Positions 19,907 through 29,263 are shown, counted from the first letter of the stretch. The stretch is DNA of 63,210 nucleotides from Candidatus Nomurabacteria bacterium (GCA_943354745.1 CALRDB010000003.1:1-63210), one strand, 5' to 3'. Translations and numbers: made by a program. The notes: generated from the letters alone by a model not told the origin.

Positions 19907-19935
19907 AAGGCCGCCCTCTTTGGGCGGCTTTTCTT
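19907..19935 (+). terminator. Hairpin between the unassigned region and the 3' end of cca; U-tract on the + strand
   Basis: ggccgccc-tcttt-gggcggcttttctt. Confidence 0.6.
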
Positions 19936-19977
19936 ATCTCTTTTCTATAAGCCAGAAGCTATCAGCTATAGGCTTTC

Positions 19978-21516
19978 TTACTTCACCCAGTGTTTCTTTC
20001 GTATTTCAGAAAGTGTCTTTTCTTCTTCTTTTTCCTTCATTTCTTTCCCCTTCTTCCCTATTTGTTCAAGTTCCTTTTCAGGAAGACTTACAAGTTCTTT
20101 TGCGCGCTTTTCAAGGTATTCTTCTGTATTTCTTGCTGGATCATCTAATACTTCCTCTAAGAGAGCGTGTAAGGTATAGCCTATCTTCGGTCCAGGGGGA
20201 GTTTGTGTGAGTTCTATTATTCTACCGCCATTAATTTTGAGCATACCCACTGACAAGGGGTCACGCATAACCTCGTCTACCATAGAATGATACTTTCTAA
20301 GTCGGTACGGACTCTCTTTAGGCCTTCCTGTGCCTATACGGTCACATGTACGAACGTCCATAAGGTGCCAAATGTGCTCCTTACCTACTCTATTTACGAT
20401 TCTTCTGACAGCGGAATGAGTAATTTGTTCCGTATCTGAGAAAAACATGTGCCAGCGGACCAGTGTGGTAACGGTTTCGATCATTTTCTTTGGGAACGCC
20501 ATTCGAGTCATAATTTTGGCGGCCATTTTCGCTCCTACCATGTCATGGCCGTAGAACGTCCAATCCTTCTTCTCCTCTGACCAGCGTCTTGTGGCAGGCT
20601 TTCCAATGTCATGGAATAGGGCTGCAAGTCGTGTTTCCAGAGTGAAATCCTTCTTCGCCGAGTGTTCTACTGTTCGTAGGATGTGCTCGAAGACATCGAA
20701 CGAGTGTGCTTTGTTCTGTGCAACGCCGATTCCCTCCTCTAATTCAGGTAGCACCTGTTTCAGAATACCCAGCTTGTTGCACAAAATAAGTCCAATATGC
20801 GGACGTGGAGACATAACAATCCGTATAAATTCCTCACGGATACGCTCCCCAGCGATTTCTTTAAGGTGTCTAGCGTTGAGGGCAATTGCACTTTGTGTTG
20901 CTGGATCGATCGTGAAATCAAGTTCCATGGCTATACGAACAGCCCTTAGTATACGTAGAGCGTCTTCGCTGAATCGTGCTTCCGGTTCCCCCACCGTACG
21001 GATCGTCTTCTTCTTAAGGTCTATACGTCCATCAAAACGGTCTACTATCGTTCCTGCAAGTGTCAGGGCTATTGCATTAATGGTGAAATCACGACGTTTC
21101 AGATCATCCTCGAGCTTTGAGCTCCAGGTAACGGAATCAGGGCGTCTTTTGTCCGTGTAACCTCCTTCCAGGCGGTATGGCGTCACCTCAACAACCTTAA
21201 GAGTTGTGTCCTCTACCCCATCATTAACCACTCCGACCGTACCGTACTCGTTTTCATAGAAAGTGTTAGGAAATGAAGCTGTAATTTGTTCAGGAGTTGC
21301 GTTGGTGGTTATGTCCCAATCCTTTGGTTTTCTCCCAATTAGTAAATCTCGTACACATCCACCGATAAGATATGCCTCAAAACCCTTATTTTCCAAGGTC
21401 TCAGCAACTTTTGCTATTTCGGTCGGTATCTCCAACTTTAGCGTATTCTCGGCTTTTTCCACACCGATATTGTAGTATTTCTTTTGAAATTCGCCTAATC
21501 TAGCGTATGATTTCAA
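19978..21516 (-). CDS. cca: CCA tRNA nucleotidyltransferase / poly(A) polymerase family with HD domain (true start probably downstream)
   Basis: IGGCVRDLL, KDWDITT, DLKRRDFTINA, EDALRILRA, LFHDIGK. Confidence 0.9.
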   Translation of the reverse strand: MKSYARLGEFQKKYYNIGVEKAENTLKLEIPTEIAKVAETLENKGFEAYLIGGCVRDLLIGRKPKDWDITTNATPEQITASFPNTFYENEYGTVGVVNDGVEDTTLKVVEVTPYRLEGGYTDKRRPDSVTWSSKLEDDLKRRDFTINAIALTLAGTIVDRFDGRIDLKKKTIRTVGEPEARFSEDALRILRAVRIAMELDFTIDPATQSAIALNARHLKEIAGERIREEFIRIVMSPRPHIGLILCNKLGILKQVLPELEEGIGVAQNKAHSFDVFEHILRTVEHSAKKDFTLETRLAALFHDIGKPATRRWSEEKKDWTFYGHDMVGAKMAAKIMTRMAFPKKMIETVTTLVRWHMFFSDTEQITHSAVRRIVNRVGKEHIWHLMDVRTCDRIGTGRPKESPYRLRKYHSMVDEVMRDPLSVGMLKINGGRIIELTQTPPGPKIGYTLHALLEEVLDDPARNTEEYLEKRAKELVSLPEKELEQIGKKGKEMKEKEEEKTLSEIRKKHWVK

Positions 21517-21521
21517 TTATC

Positions 21522-21593
21522 GCTCTCGTGGTGAAATGGATATCACAACGGTCTTCGGAACCGTTATTGAGGGTTCGAATCCCCCCGAGAGCA
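21522..21593 (+). tRNA. tRNA-Arg(TCG), CCA not encoded
   Basis: GCTCTCG/CGAGAGC acceptor stem, ACGGT-CTTCGGA-ACCGT anticodon arm, GGTTCGAATCC T-arm. Confidence 0.93.
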
Positions 21594-21733
21594 TAGGCGA
21601 AGCGAAGGATGGAGAGGGGGCGCGGGGCGCTTCCAAGTGGGATTCGAAGCCCGATTGAGCATTTTTCGAGGTTTTTGCGAGGGAAAAGCCAATTGGGGTA
21701 CTGAAGCTGTAAGCTTCGAATCCCTCGAGAGCA
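21594..21733 (+). mobile_element. tRNA-3'-associated miniature element ending in a near copy of the tRNA-Arg 3' end
   Basis: ttcgaatccctcgagagca at 21715-21733 mirrors the tRNA end; gggattcgaagc (21638) is its inverted copy. Confidence 0.55.
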
Positions 21734-21784
21734 CTAGTTTTGCGGAAACACCGATTTCTGCTATCCTATTGTCAGTTAGGGTCT

Positions 21785-21855
21785 GCGGGTATGGTTTAGT
21801 GGTAGAACACGTCCTTGCCAAGGATGAGATTCGGGTTCGATTCCCGGTACCCGCA
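21785..21855 (+). tRNA. tRNA-Gly(GCC), CCA not encoded
   Basis: GCGGGTA/TACCCGC acceptor stem, CGTCC-TTGCCAA-GGATG anticodon arm, GGTTCGATTCC T-arm. Confidence 0.93.
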
Positions 21856-22078
21856 TAAATAACGAATGAAATGAGGTATTTGGCGGGTAAGCAATGTGCC
21901 TACGCACATTGCGCCCGGGAATCGAAAAGGTTCTCCCCTATCCAGTACTTATTTTTCTGAAAACAAGTACTGGATGGGAAACCTGTACTGCTCCTGTAAG
22001 CGCCCTGTTTGGCTAAGAGCGAAGCGATTAGTTACAAACAGTAGTCCCTTTAGGGGGAGAGATTTCCTGGTACCCGCA
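21856..22078 (+). mobile_element. tRNA-3'-associated miniature element ending in a near copy of the tRNA-Gly 3' end
   Basis: gatttcctggtacccgca at 22061-22078; ccgggaatcgaa (21915-21926) is the exact reverse complement of the T-arm ttcgattcccgg. Confidence 0.55.
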
Positions 22079-22207
22079 TAAAATAAAAAGAAATGAACGT
22101 TACTCCCTTTCTTCTTCGAAATTGGTGTGATGTCGAGATAAACGCAATTGGACAAAGCCTATAAACTGTGGATAAGACAGTGGATATGTGTATAAAGGAC
22201 AGGTTGA

Positions 22208-23086
22208 TGGTTCACGTGAAATCTATTTTACGGCCACAGATAAGGATTTATGGAAAAAGACAGATAAACTAAGTCCCTTAGTGTTTCACATGAAACATAC
22301 TGCATCAAAGATTGAAAATGTTGGTGAGTCAATATTTCTTCAGGTGGGAGTTAAGATCTTTCTTCGGAATGAAGATGGAAAGTATCTACTATTGAAGCGT
22401 TCTTTTGAACGGTATCCGAACATAGAAAATTTCTGGGACATACCAGGAGGGAGGATTATTCCGGGAACCAAGATCTTGGACAATATTGTTCGAGAGGTAT
22501 TCGAGGAGACTGGATTGTCTGTTAAGTCGAGTCCCATACTGCTGTATGTTCAGGATGTTTTACGTCTTCCTGGAAAACATATTGTTCGTTTAACCTTTTC
22601 CGCGTGCACTTCTGGTAATCCTGTGCTCGATGGGGAACATGATGCCTTTAGGTGGGTGACCCTGAAAGAAATGGAGGCTCTGAAGAAATTAGATAAATTT
22701 ACCCGTGAGATCATAGAAAAGAAGTTACTCAGCAAATAGAGTCATTTGTTTCATCTGAAACATATTTTTTGGAGAGTATGAGTCACACACAAAAAGTAGG
22801 TGCTGTCGGTGAGGAGTTGTCTGTAAGGTTCCTTGTGAAAAAAGGGTATGATGTCATTGATAGGAACTATCGGCGACCTTGGGGCGAGTTGGATATCGTC
22901 GCAAAGAAAAAGGGAAAGATACATTTTATTGAGGTTAAGACGTTGTCTTATAAGATTGTTTCATCTGAAACATCTAAAATAAAAGATTTCTTTCGTCCGG
23001 AAGACCATGTGAACGATGAGAAAGTCAAGCGTTTGGGCCGTATAATACAAACTTACCTTGGTGCGAAACATGTTTCATCTGAAACA
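22208..23086. promoter_or_regulatory. Cluster of five parS-like 16-bp palindromes
   Basis: Against TGTTTCACGTGAAACA: 22208 (13/16), 22282 TGTTTCACATGAAACA (15/16), and TGTTTCATCTGAAACA at 22747, 22957 and 23071 (14/16 each). Confidence 0.75.
22290..22739 (+). CDS. NUDIX hydrolase (ORF open from 22188; ATG 22290 more likely)
   Basis: WDIPGG.I.PG....NIVREVFEETGL Nudix box. Confidence 0.88.
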   Translation: MKHTASKIENVGESIFLQVGVKIFLRNEDGKYLLLKRSFERYPNIENFWDIPGGRIIPGTKILDNIVREVFEETGLSVKSSPILLYVQDVLRLPGKHIVRLTFSACTSGNPVLDGEHDAFRWVTLKEMEALKKLDKFTREIIEKKLLSK

Positions 23087-23173
23087 AAATGGCAATTCGA
23101 CGTCGTGGCTATAGTAATTGATGTCGAGGTAATGAAGGCAAAAATTAAATTTTTGGAAGATGTAACGATGTAG
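22778..23173 (+). CDS. yraN: YraN family (UPF0102) nuclease
   Basis: GAVGEE, DRNYRRPWGELDIVA, IHFIEVKT, QFDVVAI. Confidence 0.9.
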   Translation: MSHTQKVGAVGEELSVRFLVKKGYDVIDRNYRRPWGELDIVAKKKGKIHFIEVKTLSYKIVSSETSKIKDFFRPEDHVNDEKVKRLGRIIQTYLGAKHVSSETKWQFDVVAIVIDVEVMKAKIKFLEDVTM

Positions 23174-23273
23174 ACAGTAAAGGACGCAGTGTGTGTAAGA
23201 TGTCCTTAATTTCCTGTCTTTTAGAATATTTTCTAATCATATGTTAGTATCGTTGGGTCGGGACGGGTAAAGA

Positions 23274-23344
23274 CGGGGCGTAGTGTAACGGTAGCATTCA
23301 TGCTTTGGGAGCATGCGGTCCGAGTTCAAATCTCGGCGCCCCGA
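23274..23344 (+). tRNA. tRNA-Pro(TGG), CCA not encoded
   Basis: CGGGGCG/CGCCCCG acceptor stem, CATGC-TTTGGGA-GCATG anticodon arm, GTTCAAATC T-loop. Confidence 0.93.
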
Positions 23345-23516
23345 AATGAAGCGAATCAAGGTAAAGGATCCGGAATTTAAGCTGAAAGGAGGTCGGGGAA
23401 AAGGATTTTTCCCCGCGGAGGAAAATAGCGAGTCTTCGAGTTCTAGAAACCGTGGTTTCTGGGGCGCAACGCAGTGAACAGTGAACAGTGAACATTCTCG
23501 GTGTCCGAAAATATTT

Positions 23517-24290
23517 GTGAAAGTCATTGTCAACAAACTTGCTGTTGAGTATGCCGACGAAGGGAATGGACCCGTGATGCTCTTTCTTCATGGGTGGAAC
23601 ACTGATTTACATACATTTGATGCTTTAACTGCAGAGCTATCGAGAGATTTTCGAATAGCCCGTCTTGATCTCCCTGGTTTCGGAGGAAGTGAATTGCCCA
23701 AAGAATCTTGGGGGGTAGGGGAGTACTCTATTTTTGTTAAAGATTTCTGCGAAAAACTGGATATTACCCCCGTTGCGCTTCTTGGGCACTCATTTGGTGG
23801 GAGAATAGCGATCAAAGCGGTTGCGCGTGGTATCTTTACACCAGAAAAACTGATACTTCTTGGTTCTGCGGGTGTCGCAAGGAGGACGGTTGCGCGGGTT
23901 ATTACGACTAGTATCGTTGCTTTCAAGAATTTTGCCCGTTTTATACCGTCTTCCAACTTTTTTTATGCAAAAGGCCGTTTCTTCCTACGTAGGCTTGGGG
24001 GGTTCTACCAGCAACGTGAAAGTGATTATCATGCTGCGGGAGCACTAAAGAGTACCTTTTTGAAGGTGATTGCTGAGGATTTGAGCCCAGAAGCTAAAAA
24101 AATAAGCATCCCGACTCTACTTATTTGGGGAGAAGACGATACGGCGACCCCACTTTCCGAAGGAAAGCGCTTGCGAGAGCTCATTATAGGCTCTACACTT
24201 AAGGTTATTGCAGGGGCATCACATTTTGTACATCAAGAGAAACCATCTCAAGTTTCTACGTTAGTGAGAGAGTTTCTGCGTTGTCTATGA
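23517..24290 (+). CDS. Alpha/beta fold hydrolase (GTG start 23517 likely)
   Basis: FLHGW, LDLPGFGGS, GHSFGG nucleophile elbow, WGEDD, GASHF. Confidence 0.9.
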   Translation: MKVIVNKLAVEYADEGNGPVMLFLHGWNTDLHTFDALTAELSRDFRIARLDLPGFGGSELPKESWGVGEYSIFVKDFCEKLDITPVALLGHSFGGRIAIKAVARGIFTPEKLILLGSAGVARRTVARVITTSIVAFKNFARFIPSSNFFYAKGRFFLRRLGGFYQQRESDYHAAGALKSTFLKVIAEDLSPEAKKISIPTLLIWGEDDTATPLSEGKRLRELIIGSTLKVIAGASHFVHQEKPSQVSTLVREFLRCL

Positions 24291-25729
24291 ACACCATTTT
24301 TTTAAAGAACTTTCTGTCTCGTTACTCACCGAAGTATGTGCGTTCGCTTGTCTATATGATGCAAGCAAGCGAGTATCATGTTCGCGACTTTGTGAGGTGG
24401 TATTTGCGAACACTCAACTTCGCGCAAGTAGAGCAACGGAAAAAATTAGTTGTTACTCCCAAAGCATTTGTTTTCCTTTCGGTGGGGTATCTTGTCCTCG
24501 GTCTACTGTACGTCTTTGTTGTCTGGGCCGTTTTAGTAGGGATTGTATGGTGGAAGTATCTTCTCTCCCTCTTTGTTTTTCTTGGAGCGCCCATTGCTAT
24601 TGTGATCACTATGGTCGGACTTCTTCTTGTGAGCAGATATATTCAAATGCCGGTTGAGTATTTTATCGTTGCGTCCGCTAAGGAGAAACTCCGCATGCAT
24701 CCGGCTCATAAAATCGCGGTTGCGGGCAGTTTCGGGAAAACCAGCATGCGGGAAATACTCAAAACGGTACTTGGGGCAGGGAAGAAGGTTGCGGCTCCTC
24801 CTCGAAGTTACAACACACCTCTCGGTATTAGCGCGTTTGTTAAGAGTCTCAAAGGCGATGAAGAGGTTCTTATTTTTGAAATGGGTGAGTATTATCCTAA
24901 GGATATTAAACGACTATGCGCCTTTGTCCAACCAACTGTCGGCGTGATTACCGGCGTTAATGAGGCACATTTAGAAAAATTCAAGGATATTGAGCGGACG
25001 AAAAAAACTATTTTTGAGCTTGCTGATTATTTAGGCGATAAGCCGATCTACGTAAATGGTGAGAATGAATTGGCTCAAAAAAACGGAAGACCTACTGATT
25101 TGTTGTACAGTCGTTTCGGTGTCGGATCATGGAAGGTTCAAAAACCAAAGTCAGATGTATCAGGAACATCTTTTGTTCTTCAGAACGAGTCCTCTAAGGT
25201 GAGTGTCCGTTCGCAGCTTCTCGGTCTCCATCAAATCGGACCACTTTCGGTGGCGGTGGATATGGCGGCAGATTTTGGGTTGAGTCTTGAAGCTATCGAA
25301 AGGGGCATTTCTGAAACAAAACCATTCGAACATAGGTTAGAACCTAGGACAGACGTCCAAGGTATTACGATTCTTGATGATAGCTATAATGGAAACCCTG
25401 ATGGGGTTCGAGCCGTCATTGAGTTCCTTTCCTCGCTTCGAGGGGGGAGGCGTTGGTATGTTACTCCCGGTTTGGTGGAGATGGGTAAGAAGAAAGAAGA
25501 CGTACATAAAGAAATCGGCGCGCATTTGGCAAAAGCTGGTATTGAAAAGGTGGTGCTTGTTAAAAATTCAGTCACCCCGTTTATTGCTATGGGTCTTCGC
25601 GATGCGAGGTACAGTGGGGAAGTTGTCTGGTTCGATAGAGCTCTCGACGCTTTCGCAGCGCTTCCGAACCTCACGGTGAAAGGTGATATTGTACTCTTGC
25701 AGAATGACTGGCCGGACCAGTACGCGTAG
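24281..25729 (+). CDS. murF: UDP-N-acetylmuramoyl-tripeptide--D-Ala-D-Ala ligase with N-terminal TM extension
   Basis: AGSFGKTS, SYNTPLG, FEMGEY, ILDDSYNGNP, TPGLVEMG, NDWPDQY. Confidence 0.85.
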   Translation: MSMNTIFLKNFLSRYSPKYVRSLVYMMQASEYHVRDFVRWYLRTLNFAQVEQRKKLVVTPKAFVFLSVGYLVLGLLYVFVVWAVLVGIVWWKYLLSLFVFLGAPIAIVITMVGLLLVSRYIQMPVEYFIVASAKEKLRMHPAHKIAVAGSFGKTSMREILKTVLGAGKKVAAPPRSYNTPLGISAFVKSLKGDEEVLIFEMGEYYPKDIKRLCAFVQPTVGVITGVNEAHLEKFKDIERTKKTIFELADYLGDKPIYVNGENELAQKNGRPTDLLYSRFGVGSWKVQKPKSDVSGTSFVLQNESSKVSVRSQLLGLHQIGPLSVAVDMAADFGLSLEAIERGISETKPFEHRLEPRTDVQGITILDDSYNGNPDGVRAVIEFLSSLRGGRRWYVTPGLVEMGKKKEDVHKEIGAHLAKAGIEKVVLVKNSVTPFIAMGLRDARYSGEVVWFDRALDAFAALPNLTVKGDIVLLQNDWPDQYA

Positions 25730-25877
25730 GACACGGAAGCGACACAGAATAAGAACACGGAAAAAACACAGAACCCCCTGCCTCCTCTAACCCTTTAGAG
25801 GGGGGTACCGAGTCTGCGAGGCGAAGCGGTGACGAGAAGGTGGTATGTCTCTAATAATTCTGTACACTTATATTTGT

Positions 25878-27794
25878 ATGAAGTTACCTCAAGAGATTCC
25901 TAATTCAGCTGCTACTACTCCACCTGTTGAACAGTCAACGGATGAGCCTGAAGTAACTCTCACGCGGCAACACGTTCGAGGGTACTCAAAACTCCATTCT
26001 AAAGAAGAGAGGGATATGGTGGCAGAGGAGGTACGCGGTTTACGCACAGACTATTTTAGCCGTATCAGACAACTTGAAGATTCTCTCGCATTAGTTTCGA
26101 GCCAGCTTGCAGAGAAAAAGGCAAAATATGCTGAGGTCGGTGCTGCAATTCCAGAATTAGAGCGGGAATTGGCAGCACTTGAGGGAAGTTCCCTCAATTC
26201 TTTTTTGTCGCTTCTTAATCTCAACAGAAAAGAGCGGAGTTTAAAGAGGGAGGCGATACTGCAAGAGGGAACATTCAAAGAGCTTGAAATTTCCACTGGC
26301 CGTCTGACCGAAACACTTGAGGCGCTTAAGCGCGAGCGTGATTCACGCACGGAGCTGGAGCAGGCCAAGGACCGAGTTAAAGGGTTCTACGCGGAGCAGA
26401 AAGCGGAGCTGAAAACCGAAGTTCTAAAGCTTTTTGTCGAGCAGGCGAAAATACGGGATATCAACCGAATTTCTCAAGAGCATGACGTCATGTTTGTTCA
26501 CGGCATACATCCGAAATTTGTTCCGAAACAGAATTCACTAATGCATAATCAGGCTGATTGGCAAACGAAACTCAAGGTGACTTTGGCGTTTGCACCTACT
26601 GTCTCTAGCTCCACTCTTTCAGATGGAGATGGTCCTGATGCCATGTGGGCACGGATGGGCGTTATTCTCAATGGAGGGCAGGCGGAGAGTGCTTCGCGAG
26701 ATGACAATGCTACGCAAGCGCGAGGCTTTGAAAAACGTAGTGAAAGTCAAACAAAAATGACAGACTATGAGATTCAAAGCGCTATTTCCGGTCGATATAT
26801 GAGAGGCGCAAAGCGATATAATGAATTTTCTGTCGCAACGCCTAAGATAGCCGGTTTTTACTTTTCCAGGGAAGAAACTAAAAACTCACCACCCGACCTC
26901 GTTCCTCTTTCGGAAATCACCGAGACCTGTACTGCGCTCCGGCTGCCGCTCTACGAGATTGTAAAGGGTCAACCGTATCGTACTCATGTGGATGAAAAAA
27001 CAGGTGAGATAATCCGAGGTGAACCCGTTCAGAAAGAAGATTTGGTGAAAAGTTCGTGGAAGATAAGTGAAATAGAGAGAAGTCAGATTATTGAGGAATT
27101 AGTAGACGCCTCGCCGTTCAAGATTGTTCCACAGGAGGGTGACTATATGGACGCGCGGGCTCAAGGTGTCGAGAAATACTTAAATCTGGAGTTTGAGAAA
27201 TTACCCAAAGAGAAACTGGCTGAGGTTAAATCTACGACGACCTCCGGCATTTATACGTATCGTGTTGATTCATCTGGTAAGGATTTGGAACGAAGTTGTG
27301 TCGTACCGTTTCGGGAAAAAGAGCTGACAAAAGAGGAAAGATGGCAATGGAATGTGTTTGACGACCTTCCGAGAGCACTTAATCGGAGAGCTATGGATAA
27401 GTGGAACCAGACCCACCGTGTCTCTATCACGAGCCGCTGGATCATTGAAACTCTCGAGTATTTTGATGCGGAGACATTCTTGCAGGCGCTTAGTCATGAG
27501 GTTTCGCGCTTTGTAAGTTTGAAAGGGCAATTTGAGATGTTGGCAGGAAGGGAGGTAGGAAAGAAACAACATCTTGGAAATCAACTCGCTTTTTTCTTGC
27601 ATGGTTTTGGGGAAGCCGCTAGGCAATTCGGCGAAGTAAAAATTGCGGAGAAGGCGAGACTAATTGCCGACCGTTTGACAGGAGAGAGCGAATATCAAGA
27701 GGTTTTGAAGAAGCGTACTGGCAGTCGAGGATTTTTCCGACTTACTAAGGAAGACATTAAGTATTTGCAAGAAGGAAGAGTTAATGAGGTGTAA
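25878..27794 (+). CDS. Large hypothetical protein: N-terminal coiled coil plus globular domain
   Basis: 638-aa ORF from ATG 25878 (open from 25845); heptad-rich residues about 60-180; no family recognised with certainty. Confidence 0.75.
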   Translation: MKLPQEIPNSAATTPPVEQSTDEPEVTLTRQHVRGYSKLHSKEERDMVAEEVRGLRTDYFSRIRQLEDSLALVSSQLAEKKAKYAEVGAAIPELERELAALEGSSLNSFLSLLNLNRKERSLKREAILQEGTFKELEISTGRLTETLEALKRERDSRTELEQAKDRVKGFYAEQKAELKTEVLKLFVEQAKIRDINRISQEHDVMFVHGIHPKFVPKQNSLMHNQADWQTKLKVTLAFAPTVSSSTLSDGDGPDAMWARMGVILNGGQAESASRDDNATQARGFEKRSESQTKMTDYEIQSAISGRYMRGAKRYNEFSVATPKIAGFYFSREETKNSPPDLVPLSEITETCTALRLPLYEIVKGQPYRTHVDEKTGEIIRGEPVQKEDLVKSSWKISEIERSQIIEELVDASPFKIVPQEGDYMDARAQGVEKYLNLEFEKLPKEKLAEVKSTTTSGIYTYRVDSSGKDLERSCVVPFREKELTKEERWQWNVFDDLPRALNRRAMDKWNQTHRVSITSRWIIETLEYFDAETFLQALSHEVSRFVSLKGQFEMLAGREVGKKQHLGNQLAFFLHGFGEAARQFGEVKIAEKARLIADRLTGESEYQEVLKKRTGSRGFFRLTKEDIKYLQEGRVNEV

Positions 27795-27917
27795 ATAAAA
27801 ACCCTAGTGCGCAAAAAAGTGTCAAGTTTTTTGTGGACCTGGTGTAAATATGCCTAGAAATATGTACAATTCATTTGTTCAGGTAACATAGCTAGATACG
27901 TTGAGGGTTGTAAGTTT

Positions 27918-29069
27918 ATGAAAACAATAGCAGTAATTTTTGGGGGAAGAAGTGCGGAGCATGATGTCTCGATCATCACGGCGCATATTCCGATTATAGA
28001 CTCACTGCAGGCCGCAGGGGGTTTTGATATTTGGCCGGTGTATATTACGAAAGTAGGGGATTGGTACGCAGATAAAGCCATGAACAGATTGGCGTTTTTC
28101 AAACAGCCTAATTATGAAGCTGTTTTGAAGAAGCAAAAAAAGGTTCAGCTTTCCTTTGATAAAGGACTCACTCTTGTTTGGCCGGGACTGCGTGAGAAAA
28201 AAGTGAAAATCGATGTCGTCTTTCCCTCTATGCACGGGACATACGGTGAAGATGGTTCACTTATGGGGCTCCTCCGTATGGCGAAGGTGCCGTTTGTTGG
28301 CTGCGATATGGCTTCGTCGGCGGTTGCAATGGATAAAGCGTTTACCAAGCAAGTACTCGTTGCTGAGGGTGTACCTGTGGTTCCGTTTACGTGGTTTACT
28401 AAAGTAAGCTGGGCACAGTCAAAAAAGTATCTCCTCGAAAAGATATCTACACTGAAATACCCTCTCTTTGTAAAACCAGTCCACCTTGGTTCCAGTATCG
28501 GAATCACTAAGGTTAAGAGTTTCGCTCAGCTTGAAAACGCAATTGAGGTTGCGCTTCATTACGATGACAAGATTTTGGTAGAAGAAGGAGTCGAGGATTT
28601 GATTGAAGTAACGCTTCCGATTATCGGGAATTATGAACTAACACTGGCCTCAGTTGAACGACCGCTCAATAAAACAGAATTTTTTGATTTCAAAGATAAA
28701 TACCTTTCTGGAGGGAAGGGGGGTGGTGTGAATAGTGAATATAGCGAGATTCCTGCCAATATTGATGCTGAGCTTCTGAAGCAGGTGCAAGACCTTGGTA
28801 GAAAGACTTACAAAACGCTTGGTTGCTGCGGTATTGCCCGAGTTGATTTTCTTATCAATAGCGCTACCAAGAAGATTTTCGTAAATGAAGTAAATACACT
28901 CCCTGGCAGTTTGTACCAGCATAACTGGAAGAAGTCCGGCCTCTCCGGCGTAAAACTCGTCACCAAGCTCATCTCGCTCGCCGAAGAGCGCTTCGCTGCC
29001 GAGCAGCAACTCACCCACACCTTTTCTTCTGAAATTCTCTCCAAGGTCGGCGGTCCTAAAGTGCAATAA
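27918..29069 (+). CDS. ddl: D-alanine--D-alanine ligase
   Basis: FGGRSAEHDVS, HGTYGEDG, FVKPVHLGSSIG, FFDFKDKY, ARVDF, NEVNTLPG. Confidence 0.95.
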   Translation: MKTIAVIFGGRSAEHDVSIITAHIPIIDSLQAAGGFDIWPVYITKVGDWYADKAMNRLAFFKQPNYEAVLKKQKKVQLSFDKGLTLVWPGLREKKVKIDVVFPSMHGTYGEDGSLMGLLRMAKVPFVGCDMASSAVAMDKAFTKQVLVAEGVPVVPFTWFTKVSWAQSKKYLLEKISTLKYPLFVKPVHLGSSIGITKVKSFAQLENAIEVALHYDDKILVEEGVEDLIEVTLPIIGNYELTLASVERPLNKTEFFDFKDKYLSGGKGGGVNSEYSEIPANIDAELLKQVQDLGRKTYKTLGCCGIARVDFLINSATKKIFVNEVNTLPGSLYQHNWKKSGLSGVKLVTKLISLAEERFAAEQQLTHTFSSEILSKVGGPKVQ

Positions 29070-29183
29070 CAAGCTTTTTATTCTCCCTTTTCTAAAGGGA
29101 TCAGACGAAGTCGAGGGATTTCCTCCCCTCCTTTCTAAGGAGGGGATTGAGGGGTGGTAGCATTTCTCTTGCACCATCTTATG

Positions 29184-29216
29184 GGCTACTCTTTACCCAA
29201 GTAAAGAGCAGCCCCA
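29184..29216. repeat. CTCTTTA..AGTAAAGAG hairpin family (also about 32804-32836 and 37409-37443)
   Basis: gggctactctttac-ccaa-gtaaagagcagccc. Confidence 0.65.
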
Positions 29217-29226
29217 TAAATGCGGC

Positions 29227-29263
29227 AAATAAAAACCCGACAACCGTTTGATTGGTTGTCGGG
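29227..29263 (-). terminator. Intrinsic terminator of the cupin-PLP operon
   Basis: cccgacaacc-loop-ggttgtcggg-tttttattt on the minus strand. Confidence 0.75.

Noticed and set aside
6439-22175. Isolated DnaA boxes (6439, 19439, 22167) as oriC
   Set aside because: Single boxes kilobases apart, no dnaA/dnaN and no clustered box array with an unwinding element.
23470-25770. Short tandem repeats as a possible CRISPR array
   Set aside because: Units are 5-8 nt without unique spacers; no 23-47 nt regularly spaced repeats anywhere in the window.
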